Shown here: one piece after another, positions 61,730 through 64,000 of the stretch
Layout: each line of letters starts with the position of its first letter
How positions within the stretch are numbered: position 1 is the first letter of the stretch
Source of the DNA: Lama guanicoe
Lineage: Eukaryota
Assembly (NCBI GenBank): GCA_013239625.1
Contig: MU053379.1
Span: 2,338,866-2,402,865, forward strand
Direction: 5' to 3'
DNA: 64,000 bases
Position numbers and translations under genes: made by a program
Notes under the pieces: model-generated
The model's input: only the letters and a program-made list of their open reading frames with translations
The model's database searches: none
What the model was told of the DNA's origin: nothing

Positions 61730-63012
61730 CTGCACACCCCCCCCCTTAGGTAATCTCTCCTTGTCACAAGACTTTGAACTACTAACACCTATGCCAGTAA
61801 CTTCAATTTGCTCTACCCTTGATTTCCAAAGCTGCTTAACAAATTTAACTGGTGGCCAGTGAGCGGCTCAGTTAAAATTTCACCCGCCCAACGTCAGTCC
61901 TTCTCCATGTTGTCCCAGCTCAGTCAAGGGTGTTGCTGGCCATTAGGTTCTTATCTCATTGAAGAAAGAATTCAGAGATGAGACGTGGAGGTTAAGAAGG
62001 TAAAGTGGGGATTCAATAAGGGACAGACAGTGCGCTCTCAAGGGGAGAGCGGGCAGGCTCAGGCGAGCATCTGCGCTGTTTCCTTGGCGAGCTGGTTACG
62101 CAGGGTGTACAGATAGATGAGTGGGCAGAATATTCACTGGGGAGGGAGGAGCTTGGGGGCCTAGCCCCTGATTTCCATCCCGAGGGGAGGAGGGATTTTT
62201 GTCCTCATTTATTCTGGAGGAGTAAGTGTCTTGGCGTCAGTGCATGATGGGTACTTCTAATCTGCAAGGCTAATTTTATTGTAATGAAGGCATAATGAGC
62301 AAAAGGCTACATTCAGACACTGGAGATTCCTGCCTTTTCTTAACTTTCTTTGTCGACCTCCAAGACACTTGTCAACCGAAACTGTGATTTCTTATCAGCC
62401 CGGAGGTTCCTGCTTTTCTGCCTGCCCGAGGATCCCCATTGTTCACAAGATGTGTGGTTTCCTGCCATCTGGCCTGTGCCCCCCTTTCTCTGCGCAGGTC
62501 TAGTCTCTACCAGCTCTAACAAGGGCACTGCCATCTCTCTAATCACTCAAGGCAAAAACTTAGGAGTCGCCCTTGATTCTTGTCTTCCCTCTACCCCACA
62601 TTCAATGCATTTATCCGTGTCTATCAATTTCTGTGTCAAATTGTTCCTGGGTTTCCTCCTCCTTTCTAATTCCACTGCTGCCACCTTGATCCAAGCCACC
62701 ATCACCTCCTACCTGAACCATTGCAGTTGCCCCCTAACTAGTCTTGCTGCCCCTCCTTACAAAGCACCTCTAGCCAGCAGCCAAGAGGATCTCTTTAGGA
62801 CATCTGTCTTGACCATCCCACCATAGCTAGGGTGGCCCCTTAGCTGCTCCCTACGGCATCACCCTATTTTCTTTTCTTTCTAGAACTTCTTGATCCTCTG
62901 TGCTGTGGTCTGTTGCACCAGCACATCACCTCCATGAGAATCGTCAGCTTTATTCTACATTTGTAATGCCTGGCGTGCAGCGGATGGCCGTGAAGTTCAG
63001 AATGAATGAATG
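61730..63012 (+). mobile_element. L2 LINE fragments, interrupted by the LTR at 61931-62521
   Basis: ggcaaaaacttaggagtcgcccttgattc...tccactgctgccaccttgatccaagccaccatcacctcctacctgaac...; ends aatgaatgaatga. Confidence 0.7.
61931..62521 (-). mobile_element. Relatively young ERV1-class solo LTR
   Basis: TGTTG...TAACA termini; perfect 4-bp TSD aggg at 61927-61930 and 62522-62525; splits an L2. Confidence 0.85.
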
Positions 63013-63194
63013 ACTAGGTGGAGGGGTCCACACTGGGAACAGCTTAGAGGCTCAGATGAAGTTTCTCCCAGAGTCTGGGTGGGATAAAAGCTGCCTGAGG
63101 CAAGAAGACACCTGTCTTTAGCGAGAACAGTGATTGTCCAGCATTTTATTCCCAGGACCTCTTCACACAGAAATTACGGAGGACTCACCCAAGA

Positions 63195-63340
63195 GCCTGT
63201 GTTCACGTGGATTCCATCTGCGGGTATCTGCTGTACTAGAAAGTAAATGAAGGAGAATCTTAAAATATTTAAGACAATAATCGGATTACACACTGATATA
63301 AATAACATTTATATGAAAAATAACTACATTTAAAAAAATT
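63195..63340. mobile_element. Charlie1-like hAT fragment
   Basis: tactagaaagtaaa...aaaatattt...ataaataacatttatatgaaaaataactacattt. Confidence 0.5.
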
Positions 63341-64000
63341 AATGAGCGGTGACACCTTGAGAACAGCTGTTCCACACTCACGATGCCTGATTGGCACCAC
63401 TAAAAATTCTGTTGAGTGGGTGACTAGCAGAGCTCAAGAACTCAGACCAAACTGGAGAGTCAGATGGAGCCTCTTACAGGCGTGTGAATGGGGAGTGCCA
63501 GGCCACACAAGCCTTCTCTGAGAAGAGGACGCATTTCCCCACTAACTCCCTCTGTGGCTACCCTGCCCACCCACTCATCCCCTCCCAGCCCCATGCAGCC
63601 CTCTCTCTTTCCCCTGTCTTCTCATTAAAAAAAAGAGAAAAAGAAAAAAAGCAAAGAATAAGATGAGAAATAAATTTAAGGTCATGGAAAAATGCTTTGC
63701 AAACTGCATGTATCTTTGAAATACGCTGATTTCTGTAGGCAGAATAAGGATGGCGCACGCTTTCATCCGGGGTGTCCCTTCTGAGTCGTCACTTTGACAA
63801 GATGAGTGTTGAGGTCTGGTTTTGCTGGATTTGTTTATTCTACTTTGCGTTCATGTTAAGAAACCAAACTGAGTGTCATGCTCTTTCCCTTCGGGCGATA
63901 CCGAAACCTAAATTCTTCCTCTTTCTAAGAAGCTGCTCCCTTCCTCTCTCTCTTTTTTTCCCCTCTGGGTAAAGGAAGTGCAGAGCCAGGATTTAAAAAA

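Noticed and set aside
1..64000. Hundreds of ORFs of 60-230 aa as host genes (e.g. 4867-5559, 35707-36339, 42902-43483, 52643-53134, 60200-60796)
   Set aside because: Compositions are Pro/Gly/Arg/Ser-rich as expected for random GC-rich frames. Many lie inside TEs or start at non-ATG codons. I found no recognisable domains and no consistent exon chain.
1..64000. Naming the locus or neighbouring gene
   Set aside because: No exon or landmark I can recognise; this needs BLAST or lift-over

Overview
Mammalian genomic DNA, most likely camelid (alpaca, llama or camel). The host call is an inference from five short tRNA-derived SINEs of camelid type plus cetartiodactyl-type L1 3' ends and a Tigger1-derived MITE. 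The window is GC-rich and appears entirely non-coding (intergenic or deep intronic). I found no credible host protein-coding exon, RNA gene, CRISPR array or prokaryote-like system. The only ORFs with recognisable protein are dead L1 ORF2 C-terminal fragments. Much of the window is TE debris: L1, L2, MIR, SINE, MaLR/ERVL/ERV1 solo LTRs, and hAT and Tc1/mariner MITEs. Family names are from recall of consensus sequences, not from a search. Most notable observations: (1) an unexplained 39-bp direct repeat 585 bp apart; (2) strongly localised AT-to-GC-biased decay of repeats, suggesting gBGC hotspots, one giving a CpG-rich patch with an NRF1-type palindrome; (3) a MER53 hairpin carrying a miR-1302-like sequence; (4) a three-level nested TE; (5) enhancer-like motif clusters. 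I cannot support a claim of a new biological system here.
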